Position numbers and translations under genes: made by a program | Shown here: piece after piece, positions 61,311 through 64,000 of the stretch | How the letters are laid out: each line of letters begins with the position of its first letter | Position numbering within the stretch: position 1 is the first letter of the stretch | The notes under the pieces: generated by a model | The model's database searches: none | What the model saw: only the letters and a program-made list of their open reading frames with translations | Told to the model about the DNA's origin: nothing | From: Lama glama | Taxonomy: Eukaryota | Assembly (NCBI GenBank): GCA_028534125.1 | Contig: CM052841.1 | Span: forward strand, 63,178,001-63,242,000 | DNA length: 64,000 nt | Reading direction: 5' to 3'

Positions 61311-64000
61311 GTTGAGATAGTCTGTCCCTGATGGGGTGGGCTGCGGGGACCGGAGCTCTAGACAGGGGGAGGGCACTGTCTTTTGGCCAGAACCACCTCC
61401 AGTCTTCGGAACAGCAGAGGGACGTGCTGCCTTGTGCTCAGCTCGGAGACAGTCCTCAAGGCCCCATTCCCAAATAGCCTGAGAAGTAGATGTGATTATT
61501 GTGCTGCCACAGCTGGGGAAACTGAGGCTTCCCAGGGGCAAAGTGACCTGGTCACACAGCTGGGTTTCCAACTCTGGCCCCCTCTCCCCCGGGATACCAT
61601 TCCAGCTACTACTAGGCTTTTGCAAGACGGGTTCCCCGGCTGGGGTACACGTGCCTGCCCCCCACCTTCAGTCTACCCCACTAGCAGCTTCCTAGGGGGA
61701 ATGGCTCAGCCCTGAAGAGCCAGTAAGTCCTCCCTTCCCCTGCCGAGGTTAAAGGTCATCAGGAAGGGGCTTTAAAAACAAACAACCCACCCAAGTGGCT
61801 TTTTTCAAAAAGTCACGAGGATCACAGGGTCCTGAGCGCTTGGTAAGAATGGGGGTGTGGCTAGAGCAGGAGAAGATGAAGATAAAGCAAAGATCTCAGC
61901 CCTGAAGAGTTTCATAGAGGGAGGGGGAGGACTTGCGGCCTCATAGCTCACCCACGTCCTGAAGAGGTGGTGCTGTCATCTGAGACCACTGCCCGCTCCC
62001 CTAGCTCTGGGGAGCAGGCTGGCCTGCTGGAGGCTCTGGGTCCCTTAACAGTCACCCACCTGACTCCAGCAGGCTTCCCACCGTCCCTGGGGACCCCTAC
62101 TTCCTGCACCAGCCTCCGGGTCTCAGGGGAGCCCTGGTGGCTGCGTGCTCTGCTTTTCAAATGAGAGGACGTGCAGGGAAAACTGAGGTGGCTCAGGCAG
62201 CCTTCTCTGAAACCTTGTCCAGGAGCCTGTGCGTATGTGAGGGATGCCTGGCACACACCCGTTCCATAGTGCACCTTAGAGAGCGCCCAGCTGGTGCCAG
62301 CCGTGTCCGGCGTCCTCCGGTCCCCCCTCAGTGGCGTCCACCTCCTGCTAGCCACAGCAGACTGGCATCTCTTCACTGGCCCGGGTGATCACAAAGCCGG
62401 CAGACCCACTCCTGGAAGTTGGGGTTTCCCTGGTAGAAAGGTGGAAGGAAGGTGTCTGGTTTGGGCCAGGGGTAAAGTGGGGGTGCCTTCTGGTGTGCGG
62501 GGTGGGTCCTGCCATCCTGAGTTGTTTGAGGACCCCAGGTCTCATGGGAAGAGCTGCTGGCTTGGAGCCGGCTTCCCCACAGGGCAGAGGAGAGGTCTCC
62601 GATCTTACCCTGATAAACTGGGGAGAGAAGGAGGAGCAAAGAAGCAAAGAAGAAAGAGAAAAAAGGAAGGAAAAGAGAAGAGAGGAGCAGAGGAGTGTTG
62701 GGGAGAGAAGGAAGGAGGCTGAGCATTTTGTACTCAAGTCCTGGCGAGGGGTGAGTGCCCGCTTCTGCCCTGGCCCCTGGCCCCTGGCGGTGGGGACAGA
62801 CAGTGGAAGGCCTTGCTTCTCTGGGACACAGCATACATCTCCAAATGGAGGAGTTTTCTGGGGATCCTCAGAATAGCTGGGGTCACAAGTGTCTAGACAG
62901 GGCCACTGGCAGCCCCTAGGTAGCTGGGTGGGTAACAGGCCTCCCAGCAGCCCCCTGGGGCCAGGCCACCCTCTCTGAGAGCCCGGGGCCTTTGCCTGAG
63001 GAGGGGCTTCTGCACACTGGGAATTCCCAGGCACTGGAGACAGAGGACACTCTGGGTGTGAGGTCAGGTGGGACAGGCCTGAGGGCAGCAGTCAGTCTGC
63101 CCCCAGAGGAGGGCATCTTCTCCCCTCATCTGTGGGGGACAAGGGGCCACATGCAGAGTCAGAGCTGGGCTCAAGGAACCGCCCCCCCAGCTTAGCCCTG
63201 GGGACACGCGGCCCCGGGCTCCCAGCCCTCAGGGAGATTTTCTCCAGGCCGCTGCAAATGGAAGCAAACATGGACAATACAGAGAGTTCCCTGACGAAAC
63301 TAAAAAAAAAAATCCAGTTTGAAGGATTCTCTGGTTTGGGATTGTATCTTTCTTACTCATTTTTGGTCTTAAAACACCCTTTCTTTTATGAAATAGGGAT
63401 TATAACTGGAGATGGTTTTATTTTAATGTCCTTACTTGGCAAAATTAAAAGGAGGTAACCCTATACTCATTCCTCAGACTGAAAACAAATCACTAGGCCA
63501 TGAAATCCAAATGTTTTATGTCGAGTCAAGCAGCTCCCCAAGGCCAACTGGGTGCATTCCAGGGGTGCCCGCTGCCAGGCGGCGAGGGAGCAGGGGTGGG
63601 GGTGCTCCGCGGCAGCCCCCGGGCCAGGTCTGGGAGAGCTCTTCCCTTGCCCGCCGGGTCTGGGCCTGCAGACGGAAGGTGGACGGAGGGGAGGCTGGCG
63701 TCCTGTTCTTCCTCCTTCTCCTCCTCTCTCAGGCACGTGCCCCCTCCCACAGCCGCTGGATTCCCAAGTCCTGAAGTCTCCAAAGCTGGGGGAGAAGGGC
63801 CCTTTCATCCCCTCAGCCTGGTGAGCCCAGCCCGCAACCCTGGACCCCTTTCCAAAGTGGGCAGTCAAGCTCAGGTGTGGGGACCCTGGACCCCGGGCCA
63901 GCAGGCATGGGCTCTGGGCTGTGGCTTCATCCCCGAGTCCTGGGCCCACAGGGAGCCCTGGTGCCTCACTGAGGATTTGGACATGCCGGCAAGTAGATTT

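Overview
This is GC-rich mammalian genomic DNA, not prokaryotic. Four tRNA-derived SINEs of the Vic-1-like type point to a camelid. The window is syntenic with human 9q34.11 and contains, in order: (1) about 22 kb of intergenic sequence with LTR/MIR/L2/hAT repeats and several orphan CpG/promoter-like elements; (2) an intact 7-exon C9orf50 orthologue (- strand, 28573->22723); (3) NTMT1 (+, non-coding exon 1 near 31.3 kb, CDS 35468->37745, with most of the last exon inside an N gap); (4) ASB6 (-, 6 coding exons, 43509->39448, 421 aa), convergent with NTMT1; (5) homeodomain-site-rich putative enhancers; (6) a decayed RPL32 processed pseudogene; (7) exon 1 of PRRX2 (+, 60761-61022). All visible exon boundaries were traced by hand with GT-AG sites and consistent phases. 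I found no clearly new biological system. The best leads are an unexplained ungapped ~150-bp duplication inside and downstream of C9orf50, an orphan exon/promoter at 7.0-7.4 kb, an upstream CpG island that may place C9orf50 inside an antisense NTMT1 intron, in-frame alternative splice sites in C9orf50, and an inverted SINE pair near PRRX2. Gene identities and repeat families come from recalled sequence knowledge, not database searches. Repeat boundaries are approximate.
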